A stretch of DNA of 64,000 nucleotides from Octopus vulgaris (taxonomy: Eukaryota): NCBI GenBank assembly GCA_951406725.2, contig OX597831.1:56048001-56112000 (forward strand), in the 5' to 3' direction. The notes beneath the pieces are model-generated. The model ran no database searches, was not told the DNA's origin, and saw only the letters and a list, made by a program, of their open reading frames with translations. Positions within the stretch are counted from its first letter, which is position 1. Every line of letters begins with the position of its first letter. Below are positions 1 to 13,414 of the stretch, piece after piece. Position numbers and translations under genes: made by a program.

Positions 1-135
1 TGGTTCGGCAAAAGAGACCAATAGAATAAGTACTAGGCTTACAAAGAATAAGTCCCAGGGTCGATTTGCTCGACTAAAGGCGGTGCTCCAGCATGGCCGC
101 AGTCAAATGAGTGAAACAAGTAAAAGAGTAAAAGA
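1..135 (+). mobile_element. SINE family A, 3' part
   Basis: Matches 57850-57985. Confidence 0.88.
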
Positions 136-261
136 GAGAGAGTATAACAGTCACCAACCTACCAGAGAAGACCTTCTGGTTCTATGATGCAAACTTTCAC
201 TTTTAAAGTGATTTAAATTATTAAAATTTCAGGTTAATTCATGTTCCAAACATCAGCTTAA

Positions 262-477
262 CTCTTCAGCATTCAAATTTCTCTCTCAAACGTAATGTTT
301 ATTTGTTCACATTGATTTGAATTAGTTATGCATTACTTTGTAGCTTTGAGATTTCAATGACATGATTGTTTATTTTCAGAATGGTAAGGAAAGTGCAAGA
401 GGATGGATCTGGCCACTTTTAAGATAAAACAACGCTGAATATTTTGGCCCCATATAGCCAGTTTAAATGCTAAAGGG
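262..477. mobile_element. piggyBac-type MITE family 1
   Basis: TTAA|CTCTTCAGCATT...AATGCTAAAGGG|TTAA. Nested in a decayed family-2 MITE. Confidence 0.75.
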
Positions 478-762
478 TTAATAATGGCAATGATATTTTA
501 TTAAATTTTCATGTCAACAAAAGGAAAAAAATTATCACCATCAATATTACTAATAATAAAAATTGTTTCTCATATAGGTATAAGGCCTGAAATTTGGAGG
601 ATGGGGCTAGTCAATTACATCAACAGCAGTATTTTATCATCTCCAAAAGGATGAAGGGCAAAATCAACCTTGGCTGAATTCGCACTCAGAATGTAAAGTC
701 AGAAGACATGCTGCTAAGCATTTTGTCCAACATGCTAACAATTATAATAAATAACAACATAC

Positions 763-934
763 CTTTATGAACATGTGTGAGCCTTCTCTGACAACGACTT
801 GTGAGGTGCATGACAGATATGTCTCCATCAAGTACAAATGCCACCAAATCAGAATTTGAAGGGCAAAACATGGGGTTAAGGCAGGTTTGGTAAGAGGAAG
901 TACATACAACTTCAGGAAAGAGTGCTTCATCATT
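763..934 (-). CDS. DPP9: Dipeptidyl peptidase 8/9-like, second coding exon (beta-propeller)
   Basis: Acceptor TTCTTTTTATTTCTAG|AAT (phase 0, matching the previous exon) and donor AAAG|GTATGT. 172 nt encoding NDEALFPEVVCTSSYQTCLNPMFCPSNSDLVAFVLDGDISVMHLTSRCQRRLTHVHK(G), which resembles the DPP9 'DPKICPADP..FSFI...DLWV......ERRLTFCH.G' segment. Confidence 0.9.
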
Positions 935-2519
935 CTAGAAATAAAAAGAAGTTTAAATGTAAAACGTAAACCCTTTTCATATTCAGATAAATTGTACTCA
1001 AAAGATGTCAAATTATTAAAAGATATTTAAGAATGAGATATTTTGTTTTCAATTAAAAGGATTTCTTAGTATATTTGTTTTTCAAGTATTACTGTAGCTG
1101 GAAACATCTGCTTCAGTGTAATTGATAATTGAATAGTTTATTATTGAATGCTTCATTAAATAATTGACAGCTCATAACCTCCTTTTATATACCACTGTTT
1201 ACAAGACATGGTGTCACACTGTATTAGAACTTAGCACCATAGTTTTTATGGAGCTATGTGCCTAAGACATATCTCTTTCTTGGAAAAAAAAAATGACAAT
1301 CTACTGTTATTGCTTAGCCCCAAATCAATCTTGACCAAACAGATATTATCTAAGACATCTCAGCCATAACTATCTGGTCTTTTTAGGGGCATCTAAAACT
1401 TCACTATCAAATGTGTCCTTTCCTTTTTTAAAAAAAAAAAAAGTAAGAGTGTGATTTGAGGAACATTAGGCTGTTATTTCTTGCAGATTAACAACTTCTT
1501 AGAGACTCCCTTGTTGGCTAGCAGACAACTGCAGATTTTGCCATTGGAAGATCTGACTTCATCAAGCTAATAATAAATATGTTAATTACACAGTGTTCTT
1601 GATATTTATGGCAGTTAAACATACTTTCTTGGGGTATCCAAGCACACCTCTACTTCCCTAAGGTATTAAATATAAAGCTAAATAAACAAGGTCAGGGTGA
1701 GTCAAATTTAGGATAGACTTTGTGCACCATCAGTGATGAACAAAGGACTGTCAACTGTTTACTATATTAACACCCTAAAAATTTGAGACAATTTCTTTTC
1801 TACAACTGCCACTACTTATTTTATCAACCTTGAAGGACAAAACAATTTCACTAGATTTAAATCCAGTGAAATAATTTACTGAATAATTATTCAACATATT
1901 CTGCACAGTCATTTCATTAACATATTCCATCTTAAGTCTGACAAGTCAACAAGGGAGTTATCATGCAATCAATCAACCAGTTAGAAACTGCAGCCAAATT
2001 CTCTCCAATGACACACTGTCTCACAACAGGAAGCACATAATGGACAAAGTAGTTCCAGATAACAAAAAAGCAGGATGCCACAGCTTGAATGCCTAGTCAT
2101 AGATGTCTCAATATGTAAAATCTGTTTCTCCCACAGATTAAAACTTGTAACTAGAGATATATATGTGTGAAAATATTAATGCATTGTTAAAAACAATTTA
2201 AGATCAATGATGTCTCATAATCCACTAATTGTCATAGCAACAGCTCACATTTCATTTTAGTATCTGATTAAAAGCAAATATACTCAAGTTATGAAAGCCT
2301 GCTATGAAATCTTGTTGCATTTCCCAAACGTGAAACAGATATTTAAGTGACTTTCCAATGACATTAAAAATAATTAGAGAAAAACACAATCAAGAAGAAA
2401 TGGTAATGATTAATGATGTTTTATTGCATAGAGAAGGATGGAAAAAGGGGAAAAAAAAAAAGAAAGAAAATCATTTTTATCCATTTATTCTACTTTTACA
2501 AAATATCAAGAATGTGTTC

Positions 2520-2823
2520 GTGCCGGTGGCACGTAAAAAGCACCATCCATCCGTGGCCATTGCCAGCCTCGCCTGGCCCCCGTGCCGGTGACACGTAAAA
2601 AGCACCATCCGATCGTGGCCGTTTGCCAGACTCGTCTGGCACGTAAAAAGCACCCACTACACTCACGGAGTGGTTGGCGTTAGGAAGGGCATCCAGCCGT
2701 AGAAACATTGCCAGATCAGACTGGGCCTGGTGCTGGCTTCCCAGACCCCAGTTGAACCGTCCAACCCATGCTAGCATGGAAAGCGGATGCTAAACAATGA
2801 TGATGATGATGACGATGATGATG
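2520..2823 (+). mobile_element. SINE family C (RTE-type tail), young copy
   Basis: Repeated GGCACGTAAAAAGCACC units, GTTGGCGTTAGGAAGGGCATCCAGCCGTAG domain, palindrome CCATGCTAGCATGG and (GAT)n tail. Other copies at ~36350, 44095, 47078 and 51705. Confidence 0.85.
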
Positions 2824-3899
2824 TATCTCACAAATATATAGTCTGCAACCAGCAAACGTCTATTAGAAGAGTAATTCAAAATGCATAACAGGTTTACAAA
2901 GCATGTGGCAATAGAATAACGTTTTACAGTTGGATTCCATTTGTGGCTTTTTTGAGGGTTTTATTTCCAAGAAGTTTTGTTTAAAGAAACTGAAACCATG
3001 GAGAATGTGGACAATAGTAAAAGCCATTGTTCTTCCAAAACAAGAAATATGTATAACATAAAAACAGAAGTGATGAGATGGCAAAATTGAGTCATGGTTT
3101 TACTAAACATGTAAACTGTGTGAATCATACAATGTTTTTACATTAATAGAATATGAATCCACCCAACATTTAACACATTTCAGTTTTTATTTGTGTTACA
3201 TTAGTATCATTAGTATAGTTACTAAAATTGAAATTACCTAATTCCAATTTTAAAATATAACTACATTCATCTCCAAACTAATGCAAAATGTTTCACCTAT
3301 TTTAATGGCAACATTCACTGAGTCATACATCTTAATCTATGGCCTCCTGATTTAATTTTCTCTGAGAGTTTAAATAAGATTAGTTTGATTTTATCAATGT
3401 TCCATATTTATAATGGGCAAGTGATGCAATACCAGACAGATGAAGATAAAAAAGAAAAACCGATATCTTCACAAACAAGGTCAGTGACTTTCAATATAGG
3501 AGATAATAATTACGTTATTTCTGGTATTTGTTTCAATTGTCTGTAGACAGTGTTTCCTGAGCATATATTACCTTCAGCCAAATCTGCTGCAGACAAGTAT
3601 GAATGAATTTAAAACATAATGAATTTGCTTGTATATTATACTAAAACATCAATTTAAGTACTTCTATTTATTATTTCACCAACAATGCTGGTATATAACA
3701 AAAAAAATTATGACAAATAATGATCTTTTTGTTTTCAATCTTCTATTAAAATCTCATCATAATTTTTAATAGCATTTTAGTAACCAAATACAAGGTCAAG
3801 TGAAGTCACGTACAATATATAACTATACATTTTCTATCACACTAAAATATTTAGTCAAGAATCTCCATTAGTTACGGGGTAAACAAACTGTTGCAGATG

Positions 3900-5020
3900 A
3901 AATCAAAGCTCAAAAACTGATGTTTACTATTTAATTTTTTGCTTGACTTCCACATCATCAGGTTTACATCCATTTTACCCACAGGTTAGACAGATCTTTT
4001 CTGGCACAGCATCTCACCTCCTATTGTTGATCTTTGTCATCTCCTTTTGAGATTTTCCTTCACTTCTTCCCATGACTTCCTCAGTCTTCCTCTTTCCTGG
4101 CTCCCTTTTACTTGGATTGCTGGTACTTCTTTACACATCTCTTGAGCATACTATATCTGGTTCTTCTCATATCCTGTTTTGCTCTCTGCTCCATTTGTGC
4201 TCTGTCATTTATGCACATCAACATTACACTCAAGTGGGAGCATGCTCACCTTATTTCCTTCTAACTTTTGTATATCCATTATAATCAATGCCTGTGTCTT
4301 GCAATCAAGCAACACTGTACTTCAGACAAGTTTCATACAATCTACCCTTTACTTGAAGAGGGAATCTATTTGTTACCAGCAAAAGAAATAACTCTTTAAA
4401 CTTTTTCCATCCTGTTCTCACTCTGGCTACTGAGCTTTCAGAATACTTTAAGTATTTTAAAAGAATTCATTTATGGATGTTCTTACTGCTAACCACACTT
4501 GTGCATGTCACAGATTAAGTCTTTCTTCTCTGTGATCCTGCTGCACTTCATGTATCGACAGCTTACATTGTGCATCCCACTACTGATAATATTAATCCTC
4601 TGTACATAACTATAGATTCCATTGTATATGTGACTGTCAAAATGTTGACATGGTTTTCTTAGCTGGATGTCATCAACTACTTTGCAGCTGGATCAAGGAG
4701 AATTCTATACTATCAGCACTAAAGATGTGCTATTTCAAGATAGTTCATTTCTTGCTACTCTATTTCAGTCTTTGATTCTGAGTTTCTGCTCTCCTACAGT
4801 ACATCTTCATTACAGCTTGCAGAAACCATGACTACTCTGTCCAGATAAGGAGGTACCCATTTCATAAACTGTCAGGGTTATGCAAGTTGCCTAACTTCCA
4901 AAATGCATCACTTTCTCTACGTCTATGAAGCTAAGTCTCTCCATGTATTAGGGGAGCATTTGTCTGAAATATATGGCATTGAAATTGAGGTATGGATTAA
5001 AAAGGAGGATGTTTATTTCC
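3900..5020 (-). mobile_element. Decayed RTE LINE fragments
   Basis: The reverse complement resembles 45840-46290 (WKKFKEL...SLQVKGRLYETC...VLLD...RGRPGKR). Confidence 0.6.
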
Positions 5021-5035
5021 ATGTTAATAGTTTAA

Positions 5036-5246
5036 CTCTTTAGCATTTAAACCAGCCACATCCAACCCAAATATTCTACCTGTTTTATTTTCAAATCAGC
5101 TTGATCCAGCCTCTCAGACCTTGTCTACAACATCATTCTAAAAATAAACAATCAAAATCTCAAAGCTATGAGATAATGCAGGATTAATTCAAAACCATGT
5201 GAGCAAATAAGCATTACATTCACATACTTATCTGAATGCTAAAGGG
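5036..5246. mobile_element. piggyBac-type MITE family 1
   Basis: TTAA|CTCTTTAGCATT...AATGCTAAAGGG|TTAG. Confidence 0.75.
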
Positions 5247-5862
5247 TTAGACTACTGAACAAATGGCAGCAAGGCATATTTGACATCATAGGAGGCAGGG
5301 AGGAAATATGTGAACCACTGATCTACATAGAACTGTTTTACAGCTCTCCTCTCCAGTTTTATAAATTTTATAAAATACACTAAATTTCTACTGCAAACTG
5401 TTTAACATTTAACAACAATTATTTTCTAAGAGTCAATTATCCCTACCAGCTCTAAACATTTACCACTACTTCATTATAAGGTCACCACTATGTGGCTGGA
5501 AAATTATTGGGCTATACAATTTGGCGAGATCTTACAATGTGTTCTGATCATCTTAAACCTTTTCCTCCAGGAATGGACATGAGAAGTGGTGTAGATACCT
5601 TAAGATTACTTCTATAAAATATGGTAAATTTCAACTGCAGACTGTTTACTCTAACAATAATATACAAAATGATTCAGAAGTCCCTTTACCCTTTAAATGT
5701 CATATAAATTTTTCACTTCTTTATTTTGTTACAATTTCGTTTTTAATACAATTTTTGCATTTTGTTAAGACTAGCTTTTAGTATATTGTTTTACATATTT
5801 TAGAAAAATGTCATTAGGAAAAGAAGATAGAATATTCATTGACCCCCAAAACAGCAATTTAA

Positions 5863-6209
5863 CCCTTTAGCATTTAAACTAGCCATATCCAACCCAAATA
5901 TTCTCTCACAATTATCCATCAATGTCATTTTGCAAAGAAACAATCATATCATTGAAATCTTAAGGATATGAGATAATGCCTGTGCCAGCACTGGTGCCAT
6001 GTGAAAAGCACCCAGTCCACTCTGTAAAGTGGTTGGCATTAGGAAGGGCATCCAGCCATAAAAACTATACCAAGCCAAGACAGACAGTGGGACTTGGTCA
6101 GTCCCCTGGTTTGCCAGCTCCTGTCAAACCATCCAATCTATGCTAGTATGGAAGACAGACATTAAATGAAGATGATGACATTTGACAGAGTGATCTGAAT
6201 GCTAAAGGG
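5863..6209. mobile_element. piggyBac-type MITE family 1 with a SINE (family C, ~5980-6180) inserted
   Basis: TTAA|CCCTTTAGCATT...AATGCTAAAGGG, with the interior interrupted by the SINE. Confidence 0.72.
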
Positions 6210-6465
6210 TGAAAGCTAATCCTGCTCAGTTGTTCAGGCATATCTAGTTCAGCCATCCAAGGTATTCTGGTGGGGAGCTAACAGCTTGAGTGACAAGACT
6301 ACGCCAGAATCTTCAAGCTGTAGTAACCAATAGGAGGAGGCAATGGGGACTGGGTTAATGAATGCAGTTCCCCCAGCTCTCTATATACTCTTGCAAACCC
6401 CTTGCTACCCACTTCCACTCACCTCATACTTTGAGAGGCCATCCAAACACCTTACCTCATCATCA

Positions 6466-6653
6466 CAAGGGAGTGTTGAAAAGTTCCTGGCTTGAGGCCC
6501 AACCTTCTGAGTCCTTTTACAGGGCTCAGAAAAGCTGAAGGACCACTGCAATAAGAGTGCGAATCTGAGAGAGAGAGATTAATTGAATAAAATTATAACT
6601 ATCCTCCGGTATTTTCTTTTGCCCAAAGCTAGGAACTTTTCAGCAGCCCCTTG
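6466..6653 (+). mobile_element. Mariner-derived MITE
   Basis: Inverted ends CAAGGGAGTGTTGAAAAGTTCCTGGCTT and AAGCTAGGAACTTTTCAGCAGCCCCTTG. The interior resembles a transposase C-terminal tail. Confidence 0.7.
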
Positions 6654-8964
6654 TATATATTTCATAGCAACTCCTATTGGATCATTCTCACCATCTCACT
6701 AAAACACAAGTGAACCATGCAGCTCTTCTGCAAGAACCTGCTCTGCCCACCACCACCACCACCACCCGTACTTTCTCATTCATATTTTAACCCCTCATCT
6801 CCTAAGGGTTCATAGTTGCATAATGACCTCAATAGTGCTGGTGGCACAAAAAGTATCCAGTACACATTGTAAAAATGGTTGGCATTAGGAAGGGCCATCC
6901 AATCCATGCAAATCTGGAACATGGACATATGATGATGATATTACTAAATGTTAAATAATGACACTCTTACTCTTTTTGAACTACATAAAAGTTTGTCGTC
7001 TTCAGTAGAGAAACAATAATAGACAGCTTTCCAAAGAATTAATAGTAATTGCTTCCAATTTAGATGAAAGGCCAGCAGTTTTGATACCACTGATCCTGGT
7101 ACTGCATTCTATTGACCCTGGAGGAATGAAAACAAAGTCAACCTTGTCGGAACAATGATGATGACATAACATGAACTCAAATTTTGGAAAAAGATACCTA
7201 GTTAAATAACTTCTAATATTTGATTGGTAATTATCTTAATGACTCCAGAAGGATGAAAACAAAGCTAGACTCTTGATATAATTACTGTAAGTGATTTTGT
7301 TTTGGTACCCTATCTATCTATCTACTCCACCACCTTAAGAAATATTAATAATTTCTCACATTGGAACAAAACTACAAATTTGTTGCAAACAGGTATAATC
7401 AATGAAATCAATCCTATTGAAATCACTGGTATTTATCTTAACTCCACTGAAATACAAACAAATGTCAACTTCAGCAGCTTCACAACTAAGAAAATACAAT
7501 TTCTGAAGTTAAATACTAACATACATTTATTCTAGTTTTTGAAGCAAAGAAATTTTTTTTTTTTAATAAGAGAGAGAAAGATGGGGAGGGCAAAGCAGAA
7601 GGGCAAAAGTAGAAAGGGGCAGTAGTAGTAGAAATGCAAAATAAAGGAAATGGTAAAAAAAAAAAATAGAAAGCTCAAGATTGAAGGAAAAGGGTAGAGA
7701 AAAGGAGACAGAAACCTATCTTACTCTATTTTTTACAGGAGTGTGCAAGGTTGAATGGGTTAATTTTACTCTGTAATATCTACCTCCTTTATATATGTTT
7801 GGGGGAGGAGGAGGATATGGGGGCGGGGCACAGTCCTCAATATGCACTCCTAGACAGTCTCACAGAATGTGGTATATATATATTAGATATTTCTGTATCA
7901 TGCTTTTGTTCCAATATTCAAGGTATTAAAACACAATGATCCTCAGCAGACTATGTTGAAATAAAAGATGCACATACAGTTGAAGAGATAGAGTAACAAT
8001 AGTTCAAGTGATGAAATTTATAGCAAAGAACGAGCGACAATGATGATGTTTGAACACATGGGTTTTCTAAATATAGCTATAGAAGATAAAGGAATTTTAT
8101 ATTAAATTGAAACGAATAAGGGAGATGGGTATCTGTCAGAGAAGAAGTGCGGTGTTTCTAAAGAAGTTCAAGGGAGAATTATAACTAGATTCAGAGAGAG
8201 AAAAAGGAAAAGGAGATTTATAATTAAATAGTGTAATAAACAGAAATTTGATTACAAAAGAAACTACAGTTGAAAAGATGTTGAATGAGGAAGAGGCTGG
8301 TGGCATGGGAGAGGAGCTGAATTCTAAGTCACAGTGTGAAAAGGCTACAGAAAATTTTAATTGTAAAGAAAAACATAGAATCTAAAAGGATGGGAAAAGT
8401 GTTAAGTAGAATGCAGTCATAATACAGAGATTGAAATTAGCTATAATACGCAAATAAGGATATTCCTGTAACTATAAATAACATATAACAATATAAAAAT
8501 ATTATGAATGATAGTTCAGTGTTACTGGGCCATAAGTTGCTGGCACACAAAGTTAGCAGCCGGAAAGATATGAAAGGCAGCAATTGGGGAGAAGAGCAAT
8601 GGAGAAGAAAGATGAAAAAAGAGGACAGCAGTAAGAAAAAGATAAATTTTTTAAGAAGGAAAAAAAAAAAAGAATTTTTAACAAACACAGAATAGTGGAA
8701 ATTTCTAGAACCTTAGTATTTGACTGGTACTTTATTAATCTAGGAAGGATGAAAGGCTAAGTTAACCTCAGTAGGACTTGAATGCAGAATGAAAGGCCAG
8801 AGCAAATACAAGATGGAGAAGATGAGGAGGAAGCTCACATGAATTTGAGAATCTTCATGGAAGGTCATTGACTTTATATTACCTGATGTTTCATTGGATT
8901 TTTATCTCTGTCATGAAACACTTAGTAAGGATGTGTTAATGCAAACATAAATGTTATATATTAT

Positions 8965-9310
8965 TTCTTTTACTTGTTTCTGTCATTGGATTGCTGCCAT
9001 GCTGGGCACTGCCTTGAAGGAACTAGTCCAACAAATTGACCTCAGGGCATATTTTCTAAAGATTGATACTTATTCTACCAGTCTTTTACCAAACTGTGAA
9101 GTTACAGGGATGTAGACAAACCAACACTAGTTGTCAAGTGGTGGCAGGGGACAAATACAAAAGTAGATACACATATATAGGACAAGCTTCTTTCAATTTC
9201 CACTAACCAAAAAGATTTGTTCAGTCCAAAGCTACAGTATGGCCAAAATGTCACACAATGAGACTGAATCTGAGACCATATGACTGGAAGTAACCTTCTT
9301 ACCACACAGC
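8965..9310 (-). mobile_element. SINE family A, old copy
   Basis: Diverged reverse-complement match to the family. Confidence 0.8.
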
Positions 9311-9369
9311 AATACAGCGATCACCCCCACACACACGCAATATATATATATATATTATTGCATACAACA

Positions 9370-12300
9370 GACTAATATATGAATGAAACATGATCCCAGC
9401 CAGGAGGATGGAAAGTGATGGAATTCTACAGAAGACAAGGTCAGAAAAGCAAGCTTGTAAGAAAAAAACATAGAGGAAAGTGAGGAAAAAAGACACAATA
9501 TCAACTGATTCAGAAAGAAGTTCCAGGATCAGGTATATTTAAGAGGCTTGCTAATGTTCTACACTATAAAAATCAAAGTGAGGTGATCAGAATTGTAAGG
9601 CGATCAGGTAGTGTAAATCAAGATGTTGGTGAAAAGAGTGCTTGGAATAATAGTCAAACACATGCTCTCACCAATGGTGAAATAAAAATGGCATGGAAAC
9701 AATACTGCAAGTAGAATAAGTGGGGAAATGAGAGGTTTACCTCATGCAATGCCAATAGGGGGAATGACTAATGAGTTTGACAGCTGTATAGCAGAAAGGT
9801 TCATTAAGGATATGAAAGCAGGGAAAGCAATATTTCCATCAGAGATAGTTACAAAGATACTAAAAATATCAAACAAAAGATCACACACACACACACACAC
9901 ACTGATAACTCATTAATGAGATAGTGCAGGAAAGTGTTATCTGCAATGACTGGTGTGGCAGCATCACCATGAACTGTTACAAAGGTACAGAAGATACTCT
10001 GGAAGGAAGTAATTAGAGACATTCAACTGATGGGCCAAGATATGAAAGTGGCAGAAAGTTATAGCAAACCATTCAGGGTGATAACTGGCTTAAATGGAAG
10101 ACATGAAACCAACTGTAACTTCTTCTTAGTGAAGCAACTGCAAGAGGAATTCTTAGCCAAAAACAAGCCACTACACCTCACATTTGTTGACTCAAGGAAA
10201 GCTTATTCCATCTGGTGGTCACAAAACAGTACTTGAACAACTTCTAAAATCTGATCAAACCATATACAGATGTTAATAAGCAAGAGCCAGCCACAAGTTC
10301 AATAACAAATTCACTCTGCAGGTAGATGTGAACCAGGTTTCATTTCTCAGGTCCTTCCTATTTTAGTTCTTCAGACAAGTTCAAGACTGGTTGTCTGTGG
10401 GAACCCCTGTCTGCTGGCAAACTAGTTCCGAGAGTTACAAGGTCAAATAATTAAAGTGAAAGTAAGATCTGGGATCAAGAGTCCTAAAGACTGAATCAAT
10501 AAAGAGGAAAGTCTTAGCAGGAGTGAAAACTGAACACTACTAGCTACTGAAAAGTAACTATTCTCAATTTTCAGAAAGTGAGTAGATAGGAACTGTATAT
10601 AGTACACATAATGTGCACAATGGGTATACAAAAAGTATGATGTGCAAGCTTATGGAGAAGAATTTTGATAGTTAGTTGGCTTTATTAGCAATCAACTGAG
10701 TGCTGTGAAAATATAGTAATCAAGACATGGGATAGAAAGATTCAGATAGCTAGTACTTCTGTTTTACAACAAAGAGCTCCTTCTAAATGGAAAGTATACT
10801 GTATGATGTTTACTTTATATGAAGTGCAATACTGCATGATAACCAAAGATAAATAATAAGTGCAGAGGGTATACAAACTGCACTATGTTGTGTTAGTAAG
10901 CATGCACAATTGAGCACAAATGTACTAAAAAACTAGGCATCATAGCTATCTCTTCTCTATATATATAAAAGGCAGTTTGTCTGTCTGTGTGTCTGTCAGG
11001 TTGTACCCTCACCCTGACCACAGCTTTCAACCGATTCTGATGAAACTTGACACACACATAGTCCAATGTCATAATTCAAAACTAACGCAGCGAAAATTTA
11101 GAAAAGTTACCCCAGTTCTGAAAAAAAATCGATAAATTCGACATGGGGTCGAGAATCTAAGCTTATCATATGCAACACATTTTCCGTTGTAGTTTTCGCA
11201 ACTTGCAATCAATTTTCACCAAACTCATGGTGAAGCTTAATGTTACCCTAAGGAACTTAATTCTGACGTTAGTTTTCCATGCAATACCTTAACCATCAGA
11301 AAAAATCGATAAAATCATGCCATTTTGGGAAATTGTGTTCAAATTCAAGATGACATATTTTCAACAATATCTTTAACAAATTGGCAGGAATTTTTTTTGA
11401 AATTCACAGCGAGCATCATGTCTGCTCTAAGGAGCTATATGGCCCTTTTGATTCCAATAGGATACGTTATTACTGGAAAAAAAAAATTGGTTAATTACAT
11501 CATATGTGGTACACATAGCAAACCGATTTTTCTGCGATATTTTTTGAAAGTTCACATAGATTTTCCCTACACCGATGTTGGACATCAAGTTTGTATTAAA
11601 TGTCAAACTAACGACCCTTTGTCAATGCAGTTAACAAGTATTGGGAGAAATCAACAAAACCATATCACTTTGAGGCCGACCATGCGAACCCTACAAAACT
11701 GACTTTTGTTAAATAGTTGGCGGATTTCAGGCAATTTAGTCGATTTTTGCCGCTTTTATCATAAAGGTTACTAGAAAGACGTTGCAACCTACACATGCGC
11801 CTTCATTCCCTAGAGGGAAAGGACTAGATCGGGATTAGTCGTTGACTACTAGAGGCTCCCAAGCCTCCTTTCACTAGACTTAAGTTAGGATTAGGTAGGG
11901 CTTAGCTGTGGTCCGAACCCATTGGGTTCGGGGGGGCGGTGTCAAAAGGGCCGGTATGTGCAACCTTATCACCTCTGCCTGTCAAACTCCCAACCCATGT
12001 GTTCCCGTCGCGACACTGATCCCGCAGACCTGGGTTGGGTGTGCTAAACAAAACCAGAAAATGCACTTTGACTGTCATAGATTTTCTTCATGCATGCAAG
12101 GGAACGGTGCCTTCAATGCCTTAATGCCTTTTAGGCTTCATTTTACAAAATAACGGTTCAATGAGTACAAAAAAGGGTAAAAAGGTAAAGGGCATTGCTT
12201 ATCGACAAAGTTTCTTACATACCCGGGCTATGCTGCTAGTCTGTTATAAGGTGCAGAAGAGAATACCATGATGTTACAGACATATAATGTATATGAAGAT

Positions 12301-12540
12301 AGTTCATTTACAATATGTTAAATTATATAAGCTGAAGGAGCCTGCAGAAGAGGACAATAGTAGATGACATGGGCAGAGTTAATGAGAACTAAAATCAGGT
12401 AGCTAGGCTTCAGAAAGATAACAAATAACTTCAATGAGAGAGAAAGAGAGAGAGAGATAGATAAACTGTGTTGAAAATAACATGTATAATGCATGCCAGC
12501 ATGGAAAAGTGGTCATAAAAATTATCTGGATGATGACATA
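9370..12540 (+). mobile_element. Decayed RTE-clade LINE (split by the Helitron)
   Basis: RT relic FLVKQLQEEFLAKNKPLHLTFVDSRKAY and 3' tail CATGCCAGCATGGAAAAGTGG. Confidence 0.75.
10949..12239 (+). mobile_element. Non-autonomous Helitron
   Basis: Starts A|TCTCTTCTCTATATATATAAAA followed by (GTCT)n and ends CCCGGG...GCTAG|T. Inserted at an A|T site without TSD, splitting an RTE LINE relic. CpGs retained. Confidence 0.8.
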
Positions 12541-13308
12541 TTTGTAGATCCATCCAATCTATGTGGTCATAAAAAAAAAAAAGGAATGAATATAAAATGC
12601 TAACAGCAGGAGGTTGAGAAACAATGAAAATTTTCTAGTTCATTGCTGAAAAATATAAAAAGTGATAGGAAGGGAGTAAACTTGTTACCTGGCCATGACC
12701 CAAACAGAACACAAATTGCATGATGACTGATGACAAGTCATTTTTGTATTTTTATTGTTTTAATATTTGTCAGTTGAGTTTGCTAATCTTTTGTGTAAAA
12801 TAAATACTTTCCTTTCGGCTCTGCCTATTAAAAAATAAACTTGAAAGAAACCCATAAACTAACCTGTTTTTAAGACTAACTATAGCAATCTATTTCTGTC
12901 TACTTATTTATGTCAGTTTGACTAAATATGCCGCTTTAATCTCAGCATTCAGAGTACTAAGTCAACTAACACTTAAAAATTTGAGGACATTATCAGTGTG
13001 ACAGAAATAACACTTCATGACTTAAGTTTGTTAAACGACAAGGCTTTAATACGTAATTCACATACAGTAGTCACATACATCATTTTTTTAAATAATGAAA
13101 AAACATTGCAATAGGATTAAAAAGAACTATTGTAATTATATTGCTAAAATTTCTTAAAAAATTAGTGATTTATAAAGCCAGCATCCAAAGAAACAAAGCA
13201 GTAATGTGCAACAAGCAAATCTTTTAATGAAGTTAGTAAATTTACCCAAGTTTGTTTGTCATAAAGAAGTGCAGGCTTAAACTTTTTGAGCAACATCCTT
13301 GTTTGTAA

Positions 13309-13414
13309 AGAGAAATTTGAAGTGTTTAGATTAGCACTGAGTAAATAGTCTTTACGATATCACCAAGTAAATAGATTTGCTCAGTGCTATCCTAAACACT
13401 TAAAATCTTTCTCT
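13309..13414. repeat. Long imperfect inverted repeat (~38-bp arms, 28-nt loop)
   Basis: AGAGAAATTTGAAGTGTTTAGATTAGCACTGAGTAAAT against the reverse complement of the right arm, AGAGAAAGATTTTAAGTGTTTAGGATAGCACTGAGCAAAT. Confidence 0.85.

Noticed and set aside
2520-2660. Spaced short direct repeats (GGCACGTAAAAAGCACC) resembling a CRISPR array; also at 44095-44285
   Set aside because: Internal tandem units of SINE family C with related spacers, in eukaryotic DNA with no cas genes.
7930-8700. Purine-rich coding-like tract (similar ones at 19990-20330 and 26130-26680)
   Set aside because: Probably very old LINE debris, but no motif could be read with confidence.
11325-11702. 125-aa ORF in the Helitron
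   Set aside because: No Rep or helicase motifs, so probably a chance ORF.
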